Source of the DNA: an uncultured Methylomonas sp. | GTDB taxonomy: Bacteria > Pseudomonadota > Gammaproteobacteria > Methylococcales > Methylomonadaceae | Length of the DNA: 48,568 bases | Assembly (NCBI GenBank): GCA_964530345.1 | Contig: CAZGYJ010000001.1 | Location: 1 to 48,568 of the forward strand | Direction of reading: 5' to 3' | Shown: piece after piece, positions 1-8,532 of the stretch | Layout: each line of letters begins with the position of its first letter | Position numbering within the stretch: the first letter of the stretch is position 1 | Translations under genes and position numbers: made by a program | Notes under the pieces: model-generated | What the model saw: the letters and a program-made list of their open reading frames with translations, nothing else | Told to the model about the DNA's origin: nothing | The model's database searches: none

Positions 1-218
1 CTTCTACCTTTAAGATATTACATCCGATTAATTTCAAATCAAAATTACAACTATTGGAAACCTGAAATTATTGAAAAACTTAACTGCCTTTCAATTTCTT
101 TTTTCTAAAGTAAATGCCAAATCTGTATTAAATGGAGCAAGATAATGCTGTTACTGAACATCAACAAGCACAAGCCCCTCTCAACTCGCCCTCAGCATCT
201 GAAAACTCCATTTGATCA

Positions 219-1280
219 TTGTTGCCTAATACTATGAATATTTCAGTTGCAATTGTGGGCCTGGGCCGTGTGGGTCGATCTGTACTACGCACCAATTTTC
301 TGCAAAAAGACAATGGTAGATTCACCATTAAGGCGGTGTGTGATGTTATGCCAATCTCCCAGGTAGCCTATTTGATTGGTCACGACAGCACTTATGGAAA
401 ACCACCTTTCAGTGTCGATTGCGACAATGAAAACCTAATCATAGCTGGAAATAAAATTCGTTATATTCAAGTTGATCGGCGCAAAAGTCATCAAGAAAAT
501 AATGGCCTTAATGGACTCAAAGATTTAAAAATAGACGTCCTCATCAATGCAACTGGTACCGCGCAAATAGAAGATTTACGCAATCTAATCGATAAACAAA
601 TTACCAAAAAAATCCTCTGTAGCTGGAATATTGCCGGTGGTGATATAAGCCTGGTGTTTGGAGTGAATGAGCAACAATATGATACCAACCAACATCACAT
701 CATCTCTGCTAGTACCTGTACTGGCAATGCAATGACTCCATTGGCCTATATTCTCGAAAAACACATCGGCATAGATTATGCCAGAATAATCACCATTCAT
801 CCGACACTATCCGACCAACATTTACTGGACGGCTATCACAACCAAGCCCATCTTGGCCGAACTACAGCGGCTTCTATTATCCCTACCAAAACTAATGTTG
901 CCGATTCAACAGCTTTAGTTTTACCTGCTCTGAAAGGAAAACTCGATTCCTTTTCTTATCGGGTTCCCACAGAAATAGTTTCGGCCATGGATGTTTCTGT
1001 CTCTTTATCGAGAGAAACCTCAGTTGAAGAAATTTCCGATCTTTTAAATCAATACGCAAACAACCAGTTTTCCGAAATTCTATATTGTGATTATGGACAA
1101 TGGGGACACGAAAAAGTCAGTATTGATTTTATTGGCACACAATTTTCAACCATCGTATTAATGAATCACTTATCACTTACCAGCCAGCGGCATCTAGGTA
1201 TTTCGCTAATGCATGACAATGAAAGAGGTTATTGTTGCCGGGCACTCGATATTTTGAGTGTTTTAAGCCAAAGTTTTTAG
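219..1280 (+). CDS. Divergent glyceraldehyde-3-phosphate dehydrogenase-family (GAPDH/E4PDH-like) oxidoreductase
   Basis: 353-aa ORF. N-terminal Rossmann motif VGLGRVGR. GAPDH-like blocks SASTCTGNAMTP (canonical SNASCTTNCLAP), TIHPTLSDQ, RTTAASIIPTKT, YRVPT. The ORF track starts at TTG 219; ATG 234 (MNISV...) is an equally plausible start. Confidence 0.7.
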   Translation: MLPNTMNISVAIVGLGRVGRSVLRTNFLQKDNGRFTIKAVCDVMPISQVAYLIGHDSTYGKPPFSVDCDNENLIIAGNKIRYIQVDRRKSHQENNGLNGLKDLKIDVLINATGTAQIEDLRNLIDKQITKKILCSWNIAGGDISLVFGVNEQQYDTNQHHIISASTCTGNAMTPLAYILEKHIGIDYARIITIHPTLSDQHLLDGYHNQAHLGRTTAASIIPTKTNVADSTALVLPALKGKLDSFSYRVPTEIVSAMDVSVSLSRETSVEEISDLLNQYANNQFSEILYCDYGQWGHEKVSIDFIGTQFSTIVLMNHLSLTSQRHLGISLMHDNERGYCCRALDILSVLSQSF

Positions 1281-1345
1281 CTTTTTTAACTACCCGCAAA
1301 AATTGCGATTGAATTAAATCCTCATTCAAGGGTATATTCGTGTAG

Positions 1346-2074
1346 GTGAAAAAAAGTCGAAAACCTCAACGCCAGAAGCATCAAAACAGCTTCACCACAA
1401 AAATCAAACGCTTTATATTTTCCCTGATACTTGTCGCGGTTTTATGTTCCCTATCTTTGGTACTCATCTTTCGTTATCTACCGCCTCCGACTTCTGCATT
1501 CATGATGCACCAACATTTTATTGATTTTCAAAATGACAAAGGTTTTGTTCGCATTCACTATCACTGGGTTGATAAAGAAAAAATTTCGCCTTATATTTTT
1601 GCTGCAGTGATTGCTTCAGAAGATCAACGCTTTTACCAACACTCCGGATTTGATTTCAATGCCATCGCATCTGCTCTGGAAGAACGCCTGAATGGTCACC
1701 GACTAAGAGGCGCCAGTACTATCAGCCAACAAGTTGCAAAAAACTTATTTCTTTCACCTTCACGCAGTTTATGGCGCAAAGCCGCAGAAGTTTGGTTTAC
1801 ATTACTGATTGAATCAGTTTGGGATAAACAAAGAATTTTAGAGGTCTATGTGAATATAGCTGAGTTTGGCGATCATATTTTCGGTATCGAATCTGCTAGC
1901 CGCCATTTTTTTGACATCCCGGCAAAGCGTCTTTCAGCATCTCGAGCTGCATTACTTGCAGCAACCCTGCCCAATCCGAAAAAATTCAGGGCGAATCATC
2001 CATCAAATTATGTGCAAAAAAAACAGCAGTGGATTTTGCAACAAATGAAAAATCTGGGATATTTAAAACCATAA
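1346..2074 (+). CDS. mtgA: Monofunctional biosynthetic peptidoglycan transglycosylase
   Basis: 242 aa with an N-terminal membrane anchor. GT51 motifs ASEDQRFYQHSGFD and RGASTISQQVAKNLFL. GTG start. Confidence 0.9.
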   Translation: MKKSRKPQRQKHQNSFTTKIKRFIFSLILVAVLCSLSLVLIFRYLPPPTSAFMMHQHFIDFQNDKGFVRIHYHWVDKEKISPYIFAAVIASEDQRFYQHSGFDFNAIASALEERLNGHRLRGASTISQQVAKNLFLSPSRSLWRKAAEVWFTLLIESVWDKQRILEVYVNIAEFGDHIFGIESASRHFFDIPAKRLSASRAALLAATLPNPKKFRANHPSNYVQKKQQWILQQMKNLGYLKP

Positions 2075-2109
2075 CTCCGAAGAATTTGATTTGGCTCAAT
2101 TTCGACTTT

Positions 2110-2586
2110 TCAAATCATCGTTAATAAAAACAGCTCATAACCGATTAACATCACATAAAAACCGGTAATACCCGCTAACATATACTTCATTGGTAAAATC
2201 CTTAACACATGAAAATTAATGTGCACCAATGCAAATAATAAGCAAACGACGGTAATAATAAATTTTCCAACCAAAAATACCGATATATCAATATCCAGCA
2301 AAGCAGACATAAAGGGGTTTACCTCAATTCCGCCACGCTCAAGAATATTCAACGTTAGAAATGCGTCCAGAAGACTCAATAGTGTGATAGCAATAACGTT
2401 GCAGCCAACCCACTTTTCGTAGTGATCCGTATAAAATCCTTGTTTTGCTTCAATTTGCCTTCTGGCATTCATCCGCCGACCATTGTGCAAGGAAAACAAT
2501 AAGGATTTAAAATGTCGCTGACGGCGATCCGGCTGCCTGCGTTGCTCAAATAACTGACCATAAGGATGAAAAGCATTTTGTTTCAT
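2110..2586 (-). CDS. Small membrane protein, DUF5658-like, with an Arg-rich N-terminus
   Basis: 158 aa. Arg-rich cytoplasmic N-terminus followed by 3-4 hydrophobic helices (LDAFLTLNILERGGIEVNPFMSALL). Family assignment is from memory only. Confidence 0.5.
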   Translation of the reverse strand: MKQNAFHPYGQLFEQRRQPDRRQRHFKSLLFSLHNGRRMNARRQIEAKQGFYTDHYEKWVGCNVIAITLLSLLDAFLTLNILERGGIEVNPFMSALLDIDISVFLVGKFIITVVCLLFALVHINFHVLRILPMKYMLAGITGFYVMLIGYELFLLTMI

Positions 2587-2720
2587 AACGTCTCTTTATA
2601 TTATTTTCCAACGCATAAATCAAAGTCCAGAATAATACAATAATCGACTAAAAGTAAATTGTTCTCCCGTACAATAGATTTCGATTTTTCTACCTTTCAG
2701 TCATACAACATTAAGAAATC

Positions 2721-5159
2721 ATGCCTGTATCGAATCGTGCCTTTTTAATTGCCTTAATATTATTTTTTGCCTCTGGGTTAACGGCTCTTATTTATGAAAT
2801 ATTATGGCTAAAAGAACTTAGATTATTATTTGGCGCAAGTAGTTATGCCGTTGCGACAACTTTGGCTGCATTTTTTCTCGGCTTAGGTTTTGGCGGAGAA
2901 TACTGGGGCAAAAAAACTTCTGCTCATACTAAGCCACTGCTACTTTATGGATTGCTGGAACTAGGCGTTGCTTTCAGCGCCTTGGGTTACTTTCTAATAC
3001 TAGATCTGTACAGTGCAATATATTCGCCACTGTTTAGTGAATTTGGTAACAACAGAACATTATTTACCCTTATAAAATTCAGCATGGCCCTATTTCTACT
3101 TTTCCCTCCTGCCTTCTTCATGGGCGGAACTTTACCGACAATTAGCCAATATGTAGTTAAAAATAATTCAAAACTGGGGCAAAATGTCTCACTACTTTAT
3201 GCCGTTAATACCTTTGGCGCAGTATTTGGCACCTGTCTGGCCGGCTTTTTCTTACCGAAACTTTTAGGTTTTAACAACAGTTACTGGCTTGCCATTAGTA
3301 TTTCCATGTTGATTGCAATCATCGCAATAACCATTTCATTCAGGACAAAATCATCCGCCAAAAAAACAATCAAAGCCCAGTTAAAACCTATCGACACCAG
3401 ATTGCAAATGATTGCTTTTATTTCTGGTTTTTTAACTCTGGCTCTGCAAGTCTTATGGAACCGCATGTTTGCTCAGGTGTTACAAAACTCTGTCTATACC
3501 TTTGCCTTGATTCTAGTCGTATTTCTTTTCTGCCTAGCACTGGGTAGCTTGTTTGCAAACCGTCTAATGCGCTACTGCCAAAATCAGCAAATGCTTTTAT
3601 TCTTGATGCTGTTTTTTGGTGCATTGCTGGTTCTGATTAGCCCTTTTGCTTTTGTTTACTGGACTGATAATCTGCATTATCTGGGAGCCAATAAAGGCTG
3701 GCTGGGTTACTTGATTGAGATAGCTTCAGTTGCGCTTGTCATTGTTGGCATTCCATTATTATTTCTGGGGACAGTGTTTCCGTTATTAATCAAACTAGGA
3801 GAAAGCTCCTATGCTTCTCGAGGCATATTGATAGGTAGACTTGCCGCCATTAACACACTTGGAGCAATAATCGGATCGTTACTAACTGGCTTTGTTTTTC
3901 TTGAGTATATTGGACTTTGGGGAAGTATTCGATTGATGGCAGTAGTTTATTTTTTGACTGCCTGGTTAAGTTTAGGCCAAAGCCCATACCAACAACAGCC
4001 CGGATGGATTTATTTCCCCGCTCTCGGCATTTTAATGTCTGTCTCAATAATGGATACCAGCAAAATTCCGGTCGTTAAAATCGATCCCGTTGTTGAAAAT
4101 GAAAGCCTACTGGAATACTGGGAAGGTAGCGCAGGAACTGTCGCAGTAATTCGCAAAGGTAATCAGTTAAAAATCAAACTCAATAATCATTACACCCTTG
4201 GCGGCACTGGTTCTTTCCAGCTTGAACAAAGAGAAGCTATCTTGCCAATTTCTATTCATCCTAAACCAAAATCTGTTTACCACATTGGTTTGGGGACAGG
4301 AATTTCTGCTGGCGGAGCTCTAACTCTACCGATTGACAAGCTCGTCGTAACCGAAATTAATGCTGACGTGATTACTGCCTCTGAAAAATATTTTGGTGAG
4401 TTTTTGAACGGTTTGTTTTTTGATCCCCGCGTACAGATCATCGAAGAGGATGGACGAAACTATCTGCGTGGCACGCATGAGCATTTCGATGTCATTATCA
4501 GCGACCTTTTTGTTCCTTGGAAAGCTGGGGTTGGCAGTCTATATTCCATAGAACACTATCAGATAATTTTGGACCGGCTTAATGAGCAAGGGCTTTTTAT
4601 GCAGTGGTTACCCGCCTATCAAATTACTGAGCAGGAATTTAACGTTATTGCCAACACTTTACTGAATGTTTTTCCTCAAGTAACCGTCTGGCGAGGTGAT
4701 TCTTCCCCTCTAAAACCCATTATTGGCTTACTAGCCCACAAAGAACCAGGACAGCTATCAACCCAGGCTAAAATTGCCAGGAATTTTCAGGAAAGGCCGC
4801 CCTTACTCAGTTATTTTGTTGGCGAACTGGACTCTCTTCGGCCAACCTTCAAACAATATCCTATAAATACCGACGATAAACCTTTCATTGAGTTCAGTAC
4901 ACCTATTAGCCAACGACGAGTAAAAGATTCTGAAAATCAATGGTTCACAGGAGAAAAACTAATTAATGCTTTACGCCAGATTGCCTCACAAAAAAATCAT
5001 TTCTTGGACAAACTCGACATAGACAAAAAACAAATTCCGGAAGCAGGCCTACATTTACATGCTGCTCAGACTTTTAGATACCAAGGTAAACTGAAGCAAT
5101 GGAAGCAGGAAATGGCGCTTTACAAGAAAAAAATAAAAGTTATAAATCAAACCCCTTAG
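2721..5159 (+). CDS. Fused polytopic membrane (MFS-like) / spermidine synthase-like aminopropyltransferase-fold protein
   Basis: 812 aa. About 450 aa of repeated hydrophobic helices, then a class I methyltransferase/spermidine-synthase-like domain (HIGLGTGISAGGAL, VVTEINADVI, EEDGRNYL, FDVIISDLFVPW). Confidence 0.75.
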   Translation: MPVSNRAFLIALILFFASGLTALIYEILWLKELRLLFGASSYAVATTLAAFFLGLGFGGEYWGKKTSAHTKPLLLYGLLELGVAFSALGYFLILDLYSAIYSPLFSEFGNNRTLFTLIKFSMALFLLFPPAFFMGGTLPTISQYVVKNNSKLGQNVSLLYAVNTFGAVFGTCLAGFFLPKLLGFNNSYWLAISISMLIAIIAITISFRTKSSAKKTIKAQLKPIDTRLQMIAFISGFLTLALQVLWNRMFAQVLQNSVYTFALILVVFLFCLALGSLFANRLMRYCQNQQMLLFLMLFFGALLVLISPFAFVYWTDNLHYLGANKGWLGYLIEIASVALVIVGIPLLFLGTVFPLLIKLGESSYASRGILIGRLAAINTLGAIIGSLLTGFVFLEYIGLWGSIRLMAVVYFLTAWLSLGQSPYQQQPGWIYFPALGILMSVSIMDTSKIPVVKIDPVVENESLLEYWEGSAGTVAVIRKGNQLKIKLNNHYTLGGTGSFQLEQREAILPISIHPKPKSVYHIGLGTGISAGGALTLPIDKLVVTEINADVITASEKYFGEFLNGLFFDPRVQIIEEDGRNYLRGTHEHFDVIISDLFVPWKAGVGSLYSIEHYQIILDRLNEQGLFMQWLPAYQITEQEFNVIANTLLNVFPQVTVWRGDSSPLKPIIGLLAHKEPGQLSTQAKIARNFQERPPLLSYFVGELDSLRPTFKQYPINTDDKPFIEFSTPISQRRVKDSENQWFTGEKLINALRQIASQKNHFLDKLDIDKKQIPEAGLHLHAAQTFRYQGKLKQWKQEMALYKKKIKVINQTP

Positions 5160-5178
5160 CTTTTTAAGGAGCGAGCAC

Positions 5179-5224
5179 GGAATAAGCTACTGATATTAAA
5201 ACTATAAATACGCTGAATAGCTAC
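5179..5224. repeat. Solo half-copy of the MITE/REP-like element found at 45430-45594
   Basis: ggaataagctactgatattaaaactataaatacgctgaatagctac matches 45549-45594 with 4 mismatches in 46 nt. It lies in a convergent intergenic gap between the stops at 5159 and 5281. Confidence 0.8.
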
Positions 5225-5280
5225 GTTTCTTTTCATGCCTTTCTTTCTTAATCAACCCAAAGTACTCCTAGAAAATAAAA

Positions 5281-7506
5281 CTATCTCTTCTTCAATATTT
5301 CTTTAAGTGGACAAGGTTTATGTATTCCATAGCCTTGCGCATAGTTAACGCCAATTTCTTTCAACATTGATAGAATTTCATCATTTTCAACAAACTCTGC
5401 AATAGTTGACAGCCCCATCACCTGACCGATTTGATTGATTGACTCAACAAAAGCTTTATCTATAGGATCATGGGCAATATCTTTTACAAATTGGCCATCA
5501 ATTTTCAAATAATCTATCGGAAATGATTTTAAATAGGCAAAAGATGATAAACCACTACCAAAATCGTCTAATGCAATTTTGCAACCCTTCTCACGCAGGG
5601 TTGATAAAAAATGAGTAGCATCGACAAGATTAGAAATAGCCGCAGTTTCAGTTACTTCAAAACAAAGCTGGCATGAAGGAAAAGGAAAATTATCGAGGCG
5701 TTGAACAATATGCTGCAGTAAACCATTGTCCGCCAAACTGGTTCCAGATAAATTTATCGAAAAAGAAGCATTTTCCAAAAAAGTCTTGCTATTTGATTTT
5801 TCGAGTAAATTTTCGCACAATTTATCAAAAACCCACCGATCAAGGCTAGCCATTAAATTAAACCTCTCCGCAGCAGGCAGAAACGCTCCTGGAGGAATAA
5901 TTTCGCCTTCCGAGCCAAGCATTCTAACTAACACTTCAAAGTGTGGTGTAGATGTCGAAGCTTGTACTTCCTGAATGCGTTGAGCGAAAAGTATAAATCG
6001 ATCTTCATCGAGAGCGGCTTGAATTCTAGAGATCCATCGCATTTCTTTTTGATGAGCAGAGGACTGTGATGCATCTCTTTCATGGAAATGAACCCTGTTC
6101 CTGCCTTGCTCTTTAGCAACATAACAAGCTGAATCTGCAGCACTCAAGACATCCGCCGCTTTTAATTCTGTACCATCAATCTTTGCGACACCGATACTCA
6201 CGCCAATTTTGAAAGTCTGGTTCTGCCAGCCAAAACGAAAATCCTGCACTGCATTTCTGAGCTTATCAGCAATACGAAAAGCATTTTCTTCGTTACAATT
6301 TTCTAGCAGCACACCAAATTCGTCGCCTCCTAATCTGGCCAACATATCTGTCTGACGAATCTGCTGCTTCAAGATAATGCTGATTTGTCTCAGCAATTCA
6401 TCGCCTGCGTCATGACCACAGGTATCGTTGACAACTTTGAATTGATCCAAATCCAAATACAGCAAATGATGGCAACTCAGTTCGATTTTTACCTGCTTTT
6501 GCAATTGTTGCATTCTGGCTTCGAAAGACCTACGATTGGCTAGCCCAGTCAAAGGATCATGCAAAGCCTGCCAGTTAAGCTCGGCAGCTAATGCCCTGGT
6601 CTGACTTACATCTCTAAAAACTAGAACGGCCCCTAATAGTGCACCGTCCGGATCAAAAATCGGAGCCACGGAATCGGTAACTGAAAATTCTTTACCATCG
6701 GAACTGACCAATATGTGATCCCGATCATTGCTGATAACATCAAGCTGCTCGAGACATTGAGTCACTGTACATTTAACCGGTTGGTGATTTTTCTCATCAA
6801 TCAGCCTGAAAATATCGCAAACTTTTTTGCCTTTAACATCTTCTTCGATTGATGCGGTCATAATTTCTGCAACGGGATTCATGGTCATAATATTGCCATG
6901 TAGATCTGTTGTAATAACTGCATCGGCAATTGAGTCCAGTGTGACTTGTGCCCGTTCTTTTTCCTGAGCAAGCTTTGCAGCAAGTTTACTGATTTTTCGA
7001 GTTTGTTCCTGGAGTTGTTTTTCCCTATTGACTGCGGCAGAAACATCATTAATTTGAATCAAACAATAACGATCATTATCCAATTCGATGGCTTTAGACG
7101 CTGCCTGATTTTGAACTGAACAATACCGGCCACTTGAAAATAAATCCAACGGTTTGACAATAATTGATTGTTGGATGTTTTGATTCGTAGTATTTTTTAA
7201 AGGAAACGGGTTTTTATTAAGCGAGTGGGATAAAACAGACGTCATTCCCTGAGCAAGTGCTGAAATAATACTGTGTTGCAATCTTCCATTTTGCAGATCA
7301 GGAAATATCTCCAGTAAATTTTTCCCCACTGCTTTGTCAATTTGTATTCCACTATATTGACTCACCCAGGAATTCCAGGTCACAATATTCTGGTCGCTAT
7401 CGACAATAATGGTGCCCACATCAATTTCCAGAAAAACCTGCTCAAATAAAGAAACAAAATCTGGTTGTTCAATATGAAGATCGATTACTTTAGAAGAACT
7501 CAGCAT
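5281..7506 (-). CDS. PAS-PAS-GGDEF-EAL c-di-GMP turnover protein (diguanylate cyclase/phosphodiesterase)
   Basis: 741 aa. Intact GGDEF (RLGGDEFGVLL) with an upstream RxxD I-site (RQTD). EAL-domain motifs EVTETAAI, DDFGSGLSSFAYL, KIDGQFV, AEFVEN, QGYGIHKP. Confidence 0.9.
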   Translation of the reverse strand: MLSSSKVIDLHIEQPDFVSLFEQVFLEIDVGTIIVDSDQNIVTWNSWVSQYSGIQIDKAVGKNLLEIFPDLQNGRLQHSIISALAQGMTSVLSHSLNKNPFPLKNTTNQNIQQSIIVKPLDLFSSGRYCSVQNQAASKAIELDNDRYCLIQINDVSAAVNREKQLQEQTRKISKLAAKLAQEKERAQVTLDSIADAVITTDLHGNIMTMNPVAEIMTASIEEDVKGKKVCDIFRLIDEKNHQPVKCTVTQCLEQLDVISNDRDHILVSSDGKEFSVTDSVAPIFDPDGALLGAVLVFRDVSQTRALAAELNWQALHDPLTGLANRRSFEARMQQLQKQVKIELSCHHLLYLDLDQFKVVNDTCGHDAGDELLRQISIILKQQIRQTDMLARLGGDEFGVLLENCNEENAFRIADKLRNAVQDFRFGWQNQTFKIGVSIGVAKIDGTELKAADVLSAADSACYVAKEQGRNRVHFHERDASQSSAHQKEMRWISRIQAALDEDRFILFAQRIQEVQASTSTPHFEVLVRMLGSEGEIIPPGAFLPAAERFNLMASLDRWVFDKLCENLLEKSNSKTFLENASFSINLSGTSLADNGLLQHIVQRLDNFPFPSCQLCFEVTETAAISNLVDATHFLSTLREKGCKIALDDFGSGLSSFAYLKSFPIDYLKIDGQFVKDIAHDPIDKAFVESINQIGQVMGLSTIAEFVENDEILSMLKEIGVNYAQGYGIHKPCPLKEILKKR

Positions 7507-7514
7507 AACGAATA

Positions 7515-8141
7515 CTAATTGACCCCTAAAAATGCATTGATTTGCTGCTTTAAAACATCAATGGAGGTCATGTCCATCAAAAAAGTAACATACCCCCTGA
7601 TTTTCTTCCGCTCAATTGAAAAATCCATATTCAAAAGCAACACTACTTCATGGTTAGAATTTACTTTATTATCTAATACGAATATTTCATCGATTGGCCC
7701 TTTTACAAACCCTGGAATATCTCCACGGACCTGTTGATTTATCATATCTGCAATACTACACAGACAAGCATTGAGAATAATATTGCCAATTTCACGCATG
7801 GCATCTTGTTCCATTTCCGTTAAATCGTCTAATCCCACCTCGTCGCCAACAACGGCACGAACCAGTTCCAGACTATGCTTTTCTGGAAATAACAATAATG
7901 CCTCACCGGAAAAAGTCCCTTCAAAATTCTGATGCACCCCACTAAGATTGGTTTTAGCTTTTCCAGCAATGCTATTTGCTGCATCGGACCGAGTCACAAA
8001 TTCAACGCCAGGAACACTTATTTTTACCTCATCGCTGACCATCTCACTCAATGACGCTGCTGCGCTTCCCATGCCAACATTAATGATCTCTGTTACAGCA
8101 TCAATAAATAAATCATCTAAAATTGGTTGTTTATCCGACAT
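7515..8141 (-). CDS. CheC-like chemotaxis phosphatase family protein
   Basis: 208 aa. Two CheC-type E-x2-N repeats (TEIINVGMGSAAASLSEMV and REIGNIILNACL). Overlaps the upstream receiver gene by 11 nt. Confidence 0.75.
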   Translation of the reverse strand: MSDKQPILDDLFIDAVTEIINVGMGSAAASLSEMVSDEVKISVPGVEFVTRSDAANSIAGKAKTNLSGVHQNFEGTFSGEALLLFPEKHSLELVRAVVGDEVGLDDLTEMEQDAMREIGNIILNACLCSIADMINQQVRGDIPGFVKGPIDEIFVLDNKVNSNHEVVLLLNMDFSIERKKIRGYVTFLMDMTSIDVLKQQINAFLGVN

Positions 8142-8484
8142 ATTTGGTAATTTTTGCTTCGGTAATAGGCTTGGGAATAAAATTAATGTGTAAATCTCTA
8201 GCGAGCTGCTGAATACTTTCTTGGATATTTGCAGTTAAAAATGCAATTTTTGCTGATGGAAACAAAGGCCGAAGCTGCTTTGCCGCTTCTCCACCATCCA
8301 TAACTGGCATATTAAAATCCAAAAGAATCAGTTCTAGATCCTGTCCTTGTGCACATTCTACGGCTTGACGGCCATTCTCAGCCTCAAGAACTAACCAATC
8401 TGGGTGGGCAGAATTTATAATTTTTTTCAAGATCATTCTAGACATCCTGCTATCATCTGCGATCAAACATGTCTTTTGCGCCAT
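8131..8484 (-). CDS. Single-domain response regulator (CheY-like receiver)
   Basis: 117 aa. Acidic pocket ADDS, phospho-acceptor in LLDFNMPVMDG, conserved T (FLTAN) and K (IPKPI). Confidence 0.9.
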   Translation of the reverse strand: MAQKTCLIADDSRMSRMILKKIINSAHPDWLVLEAENGRQAVECAQGQDLELILLDFNMPVMDGGEAAKQLRPLFPSAKIAFLTANIQESIQQLARDLHINFIPKPITEAKITKYVG

Positions 8485-8532
8485 ATCTAGAGCCTGCTAT
8501 TTGCTGCTTTTATAATAAATGTAGCAGAGAAT

